Source: a virus. From it: 64,000 bases of DNA. The stretch spans positions 27,140 through 91,139 of IMG/VR virus record IMGVR_UViG_3300017717_002521; one strand, 5' to 3'. The notes under the pieces are model-generated. The model was not told the origin of the DNA. It was given only the letters and a program-made list of their open reading frames with translations, and made no database searches. The translations under genes and the position numbers were made by a program. Shown piece after piece: positions 39,299-49,758 of the stretch (positions are counted from its first letter, which is position 1; every line of letters starts with the position of its first letter).

Positions 39299-40584
39299 AT
39301 AAAGATATAATGGTTATTAGCGCTCCTGTAGATACCTACTCAGGGTATGGAGCTAGAGCTAGAGATTTAATCAAAGCTATAATTAATTTAGACAGGTATG
39401 AGATAAAGATACTTTCTCAAAGATGGGGTAATACTAGATTCGGGTACTTAAAAGATCATAATGATACTGAGTTAAGTTCTAGAATAGTAGATAAGTTACA
39501 ATCAAAACCAGATATATGGATACAAATTACTGTTCCTAATGAATTTCAACCTATGGGAAAATATAACATAGGAGTAACTGCTGGTATAGAAACTACTATA
39601 TGTCATGGTAGTTGGTTAGAGGGTTGTAATAGAATGAATCTTGTAATTACTTCTTCACAACACAGCAAAAACGTATTCGAAAAAACTGTATTTGAAAAAA
39701 TAAATAATCAAACTAAACAAAAAGAAGGAGATTTAAAAGTTACTACTCCTGTAGAAGTATTATTAGAAGGAGCTGATTTATCTAAATACTTTGTTACTAA
39801 AGTAAATTCTAATACAGAAATAGTTAAGTCAGTAGATTCTATTAAAGAATCATTTTGTTATCTATCTGTAGGACATTGGATGCAAGGCAATTTCGGGGAG
39901 GATAGAAAAAATATAGGTTATTTAATTAAAGCTTTTACTGAAGTATTTAAAAATAAAATGAAGAAACCTGCTTTAATACTTAAAACTCAAAAAGTAGGAA
40001 GCTCAATAATCGATCAAGAATATTTACTTAGACAGATAAATGCTATTAGAAGAGAGACTAAAGGAACATTACCTAAAATTTATATACTTCACGGAGAAAT
40101 ATCAGACTATGAAATGAATCAATTATATAATCATCCTAAAGTTAAAGCGATGGTTAGCTTTACAAAAGGAGAAGGTTTTGGAAGGCCATTACTTGAATTT
40201 AGTTTAACCGGTAAACCAATAGTAGCATCAGGATGGTCAGGACAAGTTGATTTTTTAGATAAAGATAAAGCTATTCTCATAGGAGGTTCATTAGAAAACG
40301 TTCATGAGTCAGCAAGTATGAAAGATATGATACTTACTGAAGCGAAATGGTTTAAACCTGATGATAATCAAGTAGGGCATGCTTTTAAAGAAACTTATAA
40401 GAATTATAAAAATTATATTCAACCTGCAAAATCTTTAGCTCATAGAAATAAAAAACTATTTAGCTTTGAAGCTATGGAAGAAATTATAAAGAGTTTATTT
40501 GATAAATATATCCCTGAATTTCCAAAGCAAGTGGAACTGAAACTTCCTTCTCTAAAATTACCTAAATTAGTAAAAAATGGATAA
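39295..40584 (+). CDS. GT4-like glycosyltransferase
   Basis: SGYG, DRKN, KGEGFGRPLLE. Confidence 0.88.
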   Translation: MNKDIMVISAPVDTYSGYGARARDLIKAIINLDRYEIKILSQRWGNTRFGYLKDHNDTELSSRIVDKLQSKPDIWIQITVPNEFQPMGKYNIGVTAGIETTICHGSWLEGCNRMNLVITSSQHSKNVFEKTVFEKINNQTKQKEGDLKVTTPVEVLLEGADLSKYFVTKVNSNTEIVKSVDSIKESFCYLSVGHWMQGNFGEDRKNIGYLIKAFTEVFKNKMKKPALILKTQKVGSSIIDQEYLLRQINAIRRETKGTLPKIYILHGEISDYEMNQLYNHPKVKAMVSFTKGEGFGRPLLEFSLTGKPIVASGWSGQVDFLDKDKAILIGGSLENVHESASMKDMILTEAKWFKPDDNQVGHAFKETYKNYKNYIQPAKSLAHRNKKLFSFEAMEEIIKSLFDKYIPEFPKQVELKLPSLKLPKLVKNG

Positions 40585-41047
40585 CTTAATACAAAGCCCA
40601 GTCAGTGATAGTAATGCTTGTTATGTTACTGAACTAAACGATGGAATTACTTCTTATTTAGATTTCGGGAGTGGTTTTACTACTACTACTTTAATGATTG
40701 AAAAATCGCAACAAGTAGCTAATGCAATAGAATCATCACCAGAACTTTTTAAAGATATTAGGAAGATTGATAAAGATGGGTTAATATGGTTTCCTGCTAC
40801 TATATCTATTCCTAATTCCGGAATGGTTTTTGCTGATGGTACTTCTAAAGATGACTGGAAATGGTCGGCTGTTAAATCTATTTCTCTTACAGAAGATGAA
40901 ATTCAATCTGGTAAGTTTCCTGCTGGTCAGGCTACTAAAATGGATATGAATAATGCAAAAAGTTTTCCAAGAGAAAAAGGATTTATAGATGCTTTAGAGG
41001 AAATAGGATTCTTTGGTATTGATTTTACTAAACCAACAGTTAAATGA
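40577..41047 (+). CDS. hypothetical protein
   Basis: ORF track. Confidence 0.6.
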   Translation: MDNLIQSPVSDSNACYVTELNDGITSYLDFGSGFTTTTLMIEKSQQVANAIESSPELFKDIRKIDKDGLIWFPATISIPNSGMVFADGTSKDDWKWSAVKSISLTEDEIQSGKFPAGQATKMDMNNAKSFPREKGFIDALEEIGFFGIDFTKPTVK

Positions 41048-41673
41048 AAATAACCTTCGCTATAACAGTATGTAACGAACAATTTGAGATAATCAGGTTA
41101 GTTGAAATGATTTTAGCTAATAAAAGGACACAAGACGACATAGTGGTGTTGTATGATCAAACTAACGGTAATTCTGAAATACCTACTTGGTTAACAAAAA
41201 AATCTAATCTTCCTGGTTTTCAATTTTGGAGAGGAGCTTTTAAAGGTAACTTTGCTGATTGGAAAAATAAATTAACTGAGTACTGTTCTGGGGATTATAT
41301 ATTTCAGATAGATGCTGATGAATATCCTAATAAAGAATTATTTACTTATCTTCCTATGATATTAGAATCTAATCCTAACAATGAAGTTTATTTAGTTCCT
41401 AGAGTAAATACTGTAGAAGGTCTTACTGAAGGTCATACTAAAAAATGGGGATGGAATGTAAGTAATAAAGGTTGGATAAACTGGCCGGACTATCAATGGC
41501 GTATATGGAAAAATAAACCTGAGATCAAATGGAAAAATAAAGTACATGAAGTACTTACTGGTTTTAAAGCTTACGCTCCATTACCAGCGGAAGAAAAATT
41601 AGCATTGTATCATCCAAAGACGATTGACCGTCAAGAAATACAGAATAAATATTATGAATCTCTCATTAATTAA
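41044..41673 (+). CDS. GT2 glycosyltransferase
   Basis: AITVCNE, QIDADE, VHE. Confidence 0.85.
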   Translation: MKITFAITVCNEQFEIIRLVEMILANKRTQDDIVVLYDQTNGNSEIPTWLTKKSNLPGFQFWRGAFKGNFADWKNKLTEYCSGDYIFQIDADEYPNKELFTYLPMILESNPNNEVYLVPRVNTVEGLTEGHTKKWGWNVSNKGWINWPDYQWRIWKNKPEIKWKNKVHEVLTGFKAYAPLPAEEKLALYHPKTIDRQEIQNKYYESLIN

Positions 41674-42256
41674 TAACTATTTTGATCCTAAAACAGTATT
41701 AGATATAGGAGCGAATGTAGGGCAGTTTCATTCTAATGCTAAAAGCATTTGGCCAGAAAGCTATATTTTTTCTATAGAAGCTTCAGATGCTTGTGAACCA
41801 TATTTAAATGAAATTACTAATGACTATCTTATTTGCCTATTGACTAAAGATGATACTAAGTATGAATTTTTTAGTCGCAAAAATGATCCAACCTGTACTG
41901 GTAATTCAATATATAGAGAACTAACTGAATTTTACTCTGACGATCAATTAGATGTAATTAAAAAGGACGGTATTAAACTTGACGATTTATTTACTAAAGA
42001 TTCGATGTTTGATCTAATAAAAATTGACACCCAGGGATCAGAGCTAGATATTTTAGAAGGAGGAAAAGAATTATGCAAAAAAGCAAAAGGTATTCTGTTA
42101 GAAGTTTCGTTTAATGAATATAATTTAAATGCTCCTTTGGTAGATCAAGTACTTAAATATATGGATAATTTTAAGTTTAAACCTGCTATAGTTTTGGACA
42201 TTCAGACTAATCATGGTTCACACCAAGAAGATATTTTATTTTTAAATGAAAGATAA
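41654..42256 (+). CDS. FkbM-family methyltransferase
   Basis: LDIGANVG, KIDTQGSELDIL.G. Confidence 0.9.
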   Translation: MNLSLINNYFDPKTVLDIGANVGQFHSNAKSIWPESYIFSIEASDACEPYLNEITNDYLICLLTKDDTKYEFFSRKNDPTCTGNSIYRELTEFYSDDQLDVIKKDGIKLDDLFTKDSMFDLIKIDTQGSELDILEGGKELCKKAKGILLEVSFNEYNLNAPLVDQVLKYMDNFKFKPAIVLDIQTNHGSHQEDILFLNER

Positions 42257-43016
42257 TTTACTTATAGGAGCTGTAAGCGGAAATTACGGTGTAGAAGATA
42301 TTAAAACTTGGGTAGATACCTCAGAGTATGGCTTTAGTAGAACTCTTATAGTATTTAATGCTAAAGACAACAATGAATTACTTCCATATTTAGAATCTAA
42401 AAATATAAAATACATTCTTCCTACTTTCGATTTTTGGGGTAACGAAAAAGATTTTTTTGAACATCACACAGGTAAAATGAATTTGCAGAATAGCTTTGAT
42501 CTTATACATAATATGAGATTTATGTATATTCATAAGTATCTACAAGAACAGAAGTATAATAAAGTATTAGTAACTGACGTAAAAGACGTTAAGTTTAATA
42601 GTGATCCTTTTACTATGCTTCCATCCGACAAGTTAGTAGCTACAGGAGAAGTTATAAAGTATAAAGATGATGAATGGAATATGCAGCATTTAATTTATAA
42701 TATCGGTATATTTGGATTTGATTTTAAAGAAGAAGAAGTACTTAACGTAGGAGTTTTTGGAGGTTCAGCTGATTTAGTTAGAGATTTAAGCAGAGATATA
42801 TTTTTACTATCCGCTGGTAAACCTAAAGTAGCTGATCAAACTTCATTTAATTACTTAGCTAGAACATTATATAAAGATAAGTTTATTTTTACCAGCATAC
42901 ATGATAAGATCGCTGTTCATCTTCAGGTTATAGTAAATGGGTTAGTTGAATTTGATTATAGTACTATTCCGTACTACCCAATAGTTCATCAATACGATAG
43001 AATAAAAGATGTATAG
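42246..43016 (+). CDS. GT-A-fold glycosyltransferase-like
   Basis: TDVKDV, LNVGVFGG, DQ..FN, VHQYDR. Confidence 0.65.
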   Translation: MKDNLLIGAVSGNYGVEDIKTWVDTSEYGFSRTLIVFNAKDNNELLPYLESKNIKYILPTFDFWGNEKDFFEHHTGKMNLQNSFDLIHNMRFMYIHKYLQEQKYNKVLVTDVKDVKFNSDPFTMLPSDKLVATGEVIKYKDDEWNMQHLIYNIGIFGFDFKEEEVLNVGVFGGSADLVRDLSRDIFLLSAGKPKVADQTSFNYLARTLYKDKFIFTSIHDKIAVHLQVIVNGLVEFDYSTIPYYPIVHQYDRIKDV

Positions 43017-43719
43017 TATTATAATATCATATAGAGATAGAGAGTCACATTTAGAAATGCTTCTTCCTAGACTAGAAGAACTTTTTGATAGTAAAGACTA
43101 TGAAATTATTATAGCTGAACAAGATAATAATGAAAAGTTTCAGAAGAATAGTTTATACAATTTAGCCGCAGTAAGAGCTAAAGGAGATATTTTTATATTT
43201 CATGATGTTGATTACTACCCTGTTGAAGATATTTCTTATGATACTAAAGTCGATGTTCCATTTTACCCAGTTGGTAAAGTTTTATTTTTAAATGAAAATA
43301 ATCAACCGAGAAAAATTGAAGATATTCCTGCTGGGTATAGAAATTTTCACGTTACAGTAGGAGATCATTCAGGAGGGGTATTTGTTCTTTCAAAAGAATT
43401 ATTTTTTAAAACTAATGGACTAAATCCTTTTTTCAAAGGTTGGGGTAAGGAAGATGATGCAACTAGAGATAGATTAAGATTTTTAGGATATAATTGGAAA
43501 AGAAATAACAAAGCTTTATTTTATGCTCTATACCATAAGGATAGTAAACCTGATGATAACGATAATGACTTTGTAAATAATAATAAACTCTATATGAATC
43601 TTACCTCAGATACTGAAGTAGGTTTAAATAATGTTAACGGTAAGGTAGAAGAGTTTGATATGCCTGATCATTCTAATGTAAGATGGTTAAAAATAAAAGA
43701 TTTTGAATATAAAAGTTAA
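43009..43719 (+). CDS. GT7-like galactosyltransferase
   Basis: YRDR, FHDVD, GG, GWGKEDD. Confidence 0.8.
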   Translation: MYSIIISYRDRESHLEMLLPRLEELFDSKDYEIIIAEQDNNEKFQKNSLYNLAAVRAKGDIFIFHDVDYYPVEDISYDTKVDVPFYPVGKVLFLNENNQPRKIEDIPAGYRNFHVTVGDHSGGVFVLSKELFFKTNGLNPFFKGWGKEDDATRDRLRFLGYNWKRNNKALFYALYHKDSKPDDNDNDFVNNNKLYMNLTSDTEVGLNNVNGKVEEFDMPDHSNVRWLKIKDFEYKS

Positions 43720-44092
43720 TATTTCACCAGGAGAGTTATTAGATAAAATTTCTATTATAGAACTCAAACTTCTTAAAATAAACGATACAGCTAAACTTAA
43801 TAATATTATGATTGAGTTTGAAGCTCTAAACCCTCAAGTAGTAGAATTATTAGAAAAATTTAAAGAACCTCTTAAACAAAAGTATTTGCATCTTTCAGAA
43901 GTTAATGAAACGTTATGGGATATAGAGGATGCTATTAGAGTAAAGGAAAAGAATAAAGAGTTTGATAGTAAATTTATAGAGCTTGCAAGATCAGTTTATA
44001 GACAAAATGATAAAAGAAGTATTATTAAAAAGTTTATAAATCAAATGACTGACTCTAGTTTAACAGAAGAAAAATCATATGAAGAATACTAA
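43703..44092 (+). CDS. DUF6165-like protein
   Basis: ISPGELLDKISI, LWDIED.IR, ARSVY.ND.R, EEKSY. Confidence 0.75.
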   Translation: MNIKVNISPGELLDKISIIELKLLKINDTAKLNNIMIEFEALNPQVVELLEKFKEPLKQKYLHLSEVNETLWDIEDAIRVKEKNKEFDSKFIELARSVYRQNDKRSIIKKFINQMTDSSLTEEKSYEEY

Positions 44093-44963
44093 AGTTCTAG
44101 TAATTACTTATGGTTACTTTGGGGATATAGCTTTTGCGTCTTCTTTAGCTGAGTTTCTAAAAAAAGAATACGATACTGTTGATTACCTGATAGGGTTTCC
44201 TCAAATGAGAAAATTAATAAATAATAATCCTTTTATAAACAAAGTATTCGTACCTCCTAATCCAGGTCCAGCTCCTTCAACTAGCGTTGAATTTCAGTTA
44301 ACGTATTCGAAAGTTATACAATTAGGTCCTTTATCGTTTACTAAACCTCCAGTGGTAGAATATAAACAGCAAGCAGGAATAAAGGATAAAAGCCCTGAAT
44401 ATAAACTTTATACCGATCCTGATTTGGATTCAGCTGTTCAGACTTTATTTACTGATTTGCCTAAAAATAAAAAAGTTATAGCTGTTATGAATAATTGGAA
44501 GGAGAAAACTTTTACTTTTACAGAAGAGCAATATAAAGCAGGAATAGATGTTCCAAATTTAGGTTATGGTGGGGCTCATAGAGATACAGATAAAATTATT
44601 TCGGTACTCTCAGATTATTTTACTATATTAACAGTAGGAGTAGATGGAAGCAATCAACATCAAACTGTTAATACTGATGATTACGATTCAAAATCTATTT
44701 TATTTGAAACTTCTATTATGAAATACTGTAATGCTTTTGTAGGTGCTGAAGGAGGTTTATGTAATTTAGCTGCAGGAGTTGGCACCAGTACCATTATTAC
44801 AGGAGATTTTATACATCAACTGTATGGATGGAATGGAGTAATAAAAAAAATTAATGAGCCTAAATTAGGACCCGAAAATTATTTTAAAGAGGGTAAGCAT
44901 AAAACATTAGACCCTTACCTATCAGATGAACAAGTTGTTGAACAAATAAAATTATTACTATGA
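44079..44963 (+). CDS. GT9-like glycosyltransferase
   Basis: GDI, NNPFI, FVGAEGG..NLAAGVG. Confidence 0.7.
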   Translation: MKNTKVLVITYGYFGDIAFASSLAEFLKKEYDTVDYLIGFPQMRKLINNNPFINKVFVPPNPGPAPSTSVEFQLTYSKVIQLGPLSFTKPPVVEYKQQAGIKDKSPEYKLYTDPDLDSAVQTLFTDLPKNKKVIAVMNNWKEKTFTFTEEQYKAGIDVPNLGYGGAHRDTDKIISVLSDYFTILTVGVDGSNQHQTVNTDDYDSKSILFETSIMKYCNAFVGAEGGLCNLAAGVGTSTIITGDFIHQLYGWNGVIKKINEPKLGPENYFKEGKHKTLDPYLSDEQVVEQIKLLL

Positions 44964-45676
44964 CTAAAAAATTAAATATACTTATTCCAATGGCTGGAGC
45001 TGGAAGTAGATTCCAAGAGGCAGGATATAATCTTCCTAAGCCATTGATAGATGTTAAAGGTAAACCTATGATTCAACACGTGGTCGAAAATATTGCTTTA
45101 GAAGGTAGATATATTTTTATAGTCCAAAAAGAACATTACGAAAAATATTCTTTAAAATATATTCTTAAATTAATTAAACCAGACTGTGAAATTATTATTA
45201 CGGATGGATTAACTGAAGGAGCAGCATCAACTACTTTACTTGCTAAAGATTTAATAAATACAGATGATGCTTTATTGATAGCTAATTCTGATCAATGGAT
45301 AGATTGGGCTCCTAATCATTTTTATGATTACGTTAACAGAAGAAATGCTGATGGAGCTATACTTTCTTTTATATCTAATTCTCCTAAACATAGTTACTCT
45401 AAAATAGAGAATGGTTATATAACTGAAGTAGCAGAAAAAAAAGTTATTAGTAATCATGCAACAGTAGGAATATACTATTGGAAAAAAGGAAGAGACTATA
45501 TAGACTGTACTAATAATATGATAGAAAAAAACATAAGGTATAATAATGAATTTTATGTCTGCCCAGTTTATAATCAACTGATAGAAAAAGGTGGGATGGT
45601 TCTTCCATACGCTATACCACAGATGCACGGTATGGGAACTCCTGAAGAATTAAATAAATTTCTTAGTATAAATTAA
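44960..45676 (+). CDS. sugar-phosphate nucleotidyltransferase-like
   Basis: IPMAGAGSRF...PKPLI, AEK, GTPEEL. Confidence 0.85.
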   Translation: MTKKLNILIPMAGAGSRFQEAGYNLPKPLIDVKGKPMIQHVVENIALEGRYIFIVQKEHYEKYSLKYILKLIKPDCEIIITDGLTEGAASTTLLAKDLINTDDALLIANSDQWIDWAPNHFYDYVNRRNADGAILSFISNSPKHSYSKIENGYITEVAEKKVISNHATVGIYYWKKGRDYIDCTNNMIEKNIRYNNEFYVCPVYNQLIEKGGMVLPYAIPQMHGMGTPEELNKFLSIN

Positions 45677-46860
45677 TGAATATATTTAAATTAGAATCTC
45701 AGATAAATAAAGATGAATATTTTATAGTGGAATACTATCTAGGTTCCTCTATTAATCTTAGAGAAGCATCATGGCAACTTGCTATAGGTCAAAGTGTCGG
45801 TAATCCTAACGTTCGTAATAGATGGGAAACTGATGAATTATTCGAAAAGTATTCATGTTTAATATTAGATACTGAAAAGAACTTAAGTCAAAAAAAAGAA
45901 GGTAAGGTTAAAATAGCTTTTCCTGTAATTAATATAGATTTTAAAACTGATGGTATTGCTCATTTGTTAGTTAACATTATGGGAGGTCAAATGGATATAG
46001 AATCAATTGATGTATGTCAAGTATTAAATATATACTTTCCTCAATCGGTTCATGATCTATTTTTAGGACCTAAATTTGGAATAGAAGGCATAAGAAAATT
46101 TACAGGAGTAAATAATAAACCTTTACTAGGTGCTATAGTTAAACCTAAAACTGGTATAAGTGCTAGTCTGCTCTTACAGATGGTAAAAGAATTAGTAGAA
46201 GGAGGAGTTAATTTTATTAAAGAGGATGAAATTATGTCTAACCCTTCTTTCTGTACTATAGAAGAAAGAGTTCCATTAATAATGGATTACTTGAAAGATA
46301 AAAATGTTATTTATTCTGTCTCTATCCATGCTGATCCTCATCAAGTACTAGAGAGAGTAAAACTTGTTCATAAGCTAGGAGGTAATAGCGTTCACGTTAA
46401 TTTCTGGTGTGGAATGGGTATATATAAATCTATAAGAGAACTTGATCTTCCATTATTTGTACATTTTCAAAAAAGTGGAGATAAAATACTTACTAACCGT
46501 AAACATAATTACTATATTGAATGGAAAGTTATTAGTAAACTAGCAGGTATGATGGGAGTAGACTTTATTCATGCAGGTATGATAGGAGGGTACTATAAAT
46601 GGGACGAAGACGAAGTATTAGATTCAGTAGACGAACTACATAAATATGGAGTAATGCCAGCTTTAAGTTGCGGGTTTCATCCTGGGCTAACTGATTTGGT
46701 TTGTAAAAAAGTTGGTAATGATTTTATGGCTAATGTTGGAGGAGCTATTCATGGACATCCCGAAGGTACTTTAGCAGGAGCTAAAGCAATGAGACAAAGC
46801 TTAGATAAAAAGTATGGAGTAGAATATTTTCAAGCTATATCTAAATGGGGTAAAGCATAA
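45676..46860 (+). CDS. RuBisCO-like protein (form IV-type)
   Basis: GPKFG, IVKPKTG, FIKEDE, DFIHAG, GGAIHGHP.G...GA.AMRQ; lacks E60, N123 and K334 equivalents. Confidence 0.9.
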   Translation: MNIFKLESQINKDEYFIVEYYLGSSINLREASWQLAIGQSVGNPNVRNRWETDELFEKYSCLILDTEKNLSQKKEGKVKIAFPVINIDFKTDGIAHLLVNIMGGQMDIESIDVCQVLNIYFPQSVHDLFLGPKFGIEGIRKFTGVNNKPLLGAIVKPKTGISASLLLQMVKELVEGGVNFIKEDEIMSNPSFCTIEERVPLIMDYLKDKNVIYSVSIHADPHQVLERVKLVHKLGGNSVHVNFWCGMGIYKSIRELDLPLFVHFQKSGDKILTNRKHNYYIEWKVISKLAGMMGVDFIHAGMIGGYYKWDEDEVLDSVDELHKYGVMPALSCGFHPGLTDLVCKKVGNDFMANVGGAIHGHPEGTLAGAKAMRQSLDKKYGVEYFQAISKWGKA

Positions 46861-46862
46861 TT

Positions 46863-47549
46863 ATGAAAAAAATAGCATTATGCATCTCAGGACAGCCTAG
46901 ATTTGTTGAGGAAGGTTATGAAAAAGTTTTAAAGCCATTTGTTTTAGATGGAAATGATGTAGATGTATTTATTCATAGTTGGATACCTGACGAAGAGCAA
47001 ATAGGTAAACCTTATATTAATGCTGGAGGACATCCTATGGGAAAAGAAGTTGAAGAAGGTATATTTGATACTGTATCTAAACTTTATAATCCTACTCGAA
47101 CTTTTTATGAGAAGCAAAGATTTTTTGAGTTCGGTAAATATGCTGAAAGAACTCTTCCTCATATAAGAAGTGATTACCTTTTTAGTATGTTTTATTCTAT
47201 CTGGAAGTCTAATAATATTCTAAATGATTATATAATAGAAACTGGTATAGAATACGATTGGGTAGTTAGATCTAGATTTGATGTTCAGCTAAATAAGAAA
47301 ATTGATTTTAATCTTAACGCTTCTTCTATCTTAGTTCCTTATGGGTGTTGGAGTGATGAAGGATTAGTAGATTGTTTTGCATATTCAAATAAATCTAATA
47401 TGGATATATACTGCAATCTTTATAATAATATTGATTATATAATGCATTCTTCTGACATTGGTTTTTGTTGTGAATTTATTCTTAAACAATATTTAGATAC
47501 TATGAAAATAGACGTTCAAGAACTATTCTGGCATTCTCTTTATAGATGA
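46863..47549 (+). CDS. glycan-cluster hypothetical (ALCISGQPR family)
   Basis: IALCISGQPR, FIHSW, YDWVVRSRFD. Confidence 0.6.
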   Translation: MKKIALCISGQPRFVEEGYEKVLKPFVLDGNDVDVFIHSWIPDEEQIGKPYINAGGHPMGKEVEEGIFDTVSKLYNPTRTFYEKQRFFEFGKYAERTLPHIRSDYLFSMFYSIWKSNNILNDYIIETGIEYDWVVRSRFDVQLNKKIDFNLNASSILVPYGCWSDEGLVDCFAYSNKSNMDIYCNLYNNIDYIMHSSDIGFCCEFILKQYLDTMKIDVQELFWHSLYR

Positions 47550-48004
47550 AAATAATATCACATAGAGGAAATTTATCAGGGCCTGATCCTAAACAAGAAA
47601 ACAAACCATCTCAAATTATAAGTGCTATTGAAAAAGGATATGAAGTTGAAATAGATGTATGGTTTAAAGATAAAAAGTTTTATTTAGGACATGATGAACC
47701 TCAGTACGATTTTCCGTTTGAATTATTAGAAAAGTTTTATACTAAATTATGGGTTCATGCTAAATCTTTTGATACTTTAAATAAACTAAAAGATATAGAT
47801 TATGATGGTAATTATTTAAATTATTTTTGGCATCAATCTGATGATTATGTTTTAACTTCTAAAGGATATATTTGGACTTTCCCTAATAAATTCTTATCTT
47901 ATAATAGTATTTGTGTCAAACCAGAAATACAGACAGAAAAAGTTTTTTTAGACTGTGCAGGTATATGTACGGATTTTCCTATTAAGTATGAAAATAATTT
48001 ATAG
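47546..48004 (+). CDS. GDPD/PI-PLC-like phosphodiesterase fold, short form
   Basis: ISHRGN, EN, VEIDVW, LGHD, GICTDF. Confidence 0.7.
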   Translation: MKIISHRGNLSGPDPKQENKPSQIISAIEKGYEVEIDVWFKDKKFYLGHDEPQYDFPFELLEKFYTKLWVHAKSFDTLNKLKDIDYDGNYLNYFWHQSDDYVLTSKGYIWTFPNKFLSYNSICVKPEIQTEKVFLDCAGICTDFPIKYENNL

Positions 48005-48680
48005 AATATCGGACGCAGGTTATAATAAAGTCAAACCCGATTTTATTACTAACGAAATATGTTTAAGGAATTTTGTAGATGTATTTCTTCCTAACGATTT
48101 TACTGTTATAGCTGATAATATATCTGAGGATACTAAAAAAATGATACTTGAGTATATTCCTGAAGATTGTATTGAATATGTAAAAGTAGGTCATGGAGCA
48201 GGTACTTTTAATCTAGCATTAGATAAAGCATTAACTTATAGTGATGAAGAAATAATTTACTTTATTGAGAATGATTATCTGCACACCCCAGATGCTAAAA
48301 AAATATTAAAAGAAGGTTTCGATATTGGAGCTTCTTTCGTATCTTTATATGATCATCCTGATAAGTATCTTTCTCCAGATAGAGGAGGTAATCCATACTG
48401 TCAAGGTGGAGCAGAAGATACTAGAGTGTATTTAACTAGTAACTCTCATTGGAAAATAACTAATAGTACTACTATGACTTTTGCCGCTAAGGTTAAAACT
48501 TTGAAAGAGACTGAAAGAACTTTAAGAGAATTTACTAATGGAACTCACCCTCATGATTTCCAAATGTTTCTTAAGCTAAGAGAGCAAAATCAATTATTAA
48601 TAACCCCTATACCAGGTAAGTCTACTCATGGAGAAACTGCTTGGTTGTCACCACTAATAGATTGGAATAAATATGCATAA
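47988..48680 (+). CDS. GT2-like glycosyltransferase
   Basis: YFIENDYLH. Confidence 0.65.
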   Translation: MKIIYRISDAGYNKVKPDFITNEICLRNFVDVFLPNDFTVIADNISEDTKKMILEYIPEDCIEYVKVGHGAGTFNLALDKALTYSDEEIIYFIENDYLHTPDAKKILKEGFDIGASFVSLYDHPDKYLSPDRGGNPYCQGGAEDTRVYLTSNSHWKITNSTTMTFAAKVKTLKETERTLREFTNGTHPHDFQMFLKLREQNQLLITPIPGKSTHGETAWLSPLIDWNKYA

Positions 48681-49758
48681 CAAAACAATTTTAATTACCG
48701 GAGTAGCTGGATTATTAGGAAGCAGATTAGCCGAATATATAATCGAAAAGAAACCTGGTAATACCGTTATAGGTATAGATGACCTTTCAGGAGGATATAA
48801 AAGTAATATACCTAAAGAGGTCAAATTTTACAAAGCAAATACTTTTGATGATAAGATTAAAGATATATTTGAATTAGAGCAACCTGATATAGTATATCAT
48901 TTTGCTGCTTATGCTGCTGAAGGTTTATCTCCCTTCATTCGTACTTTTAACTACGATAATAATTTAAAGAGTACTGCTTCTATAGTTAACGAATGTATTA
49001 AACATAACGTAGAAAGGTTAGTATTTACTTCTACTATGGCCGTTTACGGTAATGGATGGCAAGGTAAAAGACCTTTTGAAGAAATAGACCCTCCTCGTCC
49101 GATAGATCCATACGGTATTGCTAAGTATGCCTGCGAAATGGATATACAATGTGCCGGTGAACAGCATGAATTAGATTGGTGTATACTCAGACCTCACAAC
49201 GTTTACGGACGTAATCAAAATATATGGGATAAATATAGGAACGTTTTAGGTATTTGGATGTATCAATATATGAATAATATACCTCTAACTATCTTTGGTG
49301 ATGGTTCTCAAAGAAGAGCTTGGAGTAGTATAGATGATTGTTTAGAGCCAATGTGGAAGGCTGCATTTATTCCTAAAGCATCTAAAGAAATAATTAACCT
49401 AGGAGGTCCTGAGTTCACAACTATTAATGAAGCTTGTAGAGTAGTAAGAAATGTTATAGGTGGAGGAGATAAAGCTCTTATAGAAAAGATTGAGGTAGTA
49501 TATGAAGAAGCTAGACATGAAGTCAAAAATGCTTACCCAACATGGAAGAAGTCTGAATTAATATTAGGTTTTGAACATACTACTTCTTTAGAAGACGGAT
49601 TGACTGAGATGTGGAAATGGGCTCAGACTCAACCTAACAGAGAAAGATTTGTCTGGAAAAAATATGAATTAGAAAAAGGAATATATAATTTTTGGAAAAA
49701 TGATAAGTCTAATAATACCAACTTACCGCAACCCGAAGTATCTGGATATTTGTCTTAA
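48673..49758 (+). CDS. NAD-dependent sugar epimerase/dehydratase
   Basis: TGVAGLLG, YGIAK, RPHNVYG, GDGSQRR. Confidence 0.9.
   Translation: MHNKTILITGVAGLLGSRLAEYIIEKKPGNTVIGIDDLSGGYKSNIPKEVKFYKANTFDDKIKDIFELEQPDIVYHFAAYAAEGLSPFIRTFNYDNNLKSTASIVNECIKHNVERLVFTSTMAVYGNGWQGKRPFEEIDPPRPIDPYGIAKYACEMDIQCAGEQHELDWCILRPHNVYGRNQNIWDKYRNVLGIWMYQYMNNIPLTIFGDGSQRRAWSSIDDCLEPMWKAAFIPKASKEIINLGGPEFTTINEACRVVRNVIGGGDKALIEKIEVVYEEARHEVKNAYPTWKKSELILGFEHTTSLEDGLTEMWKWAQTQPNRERFVWKKYELEKGIYNFWKNDKSNNTNLPQPEVSGYLS

Noticed and set aside
45676-46860. CO2-fixing RuBisCO (rbcL)
   Set aside because: Catalytic E60, N123 and K334 equivalents are missing; no small subunit or phosphoribulokinase nearby
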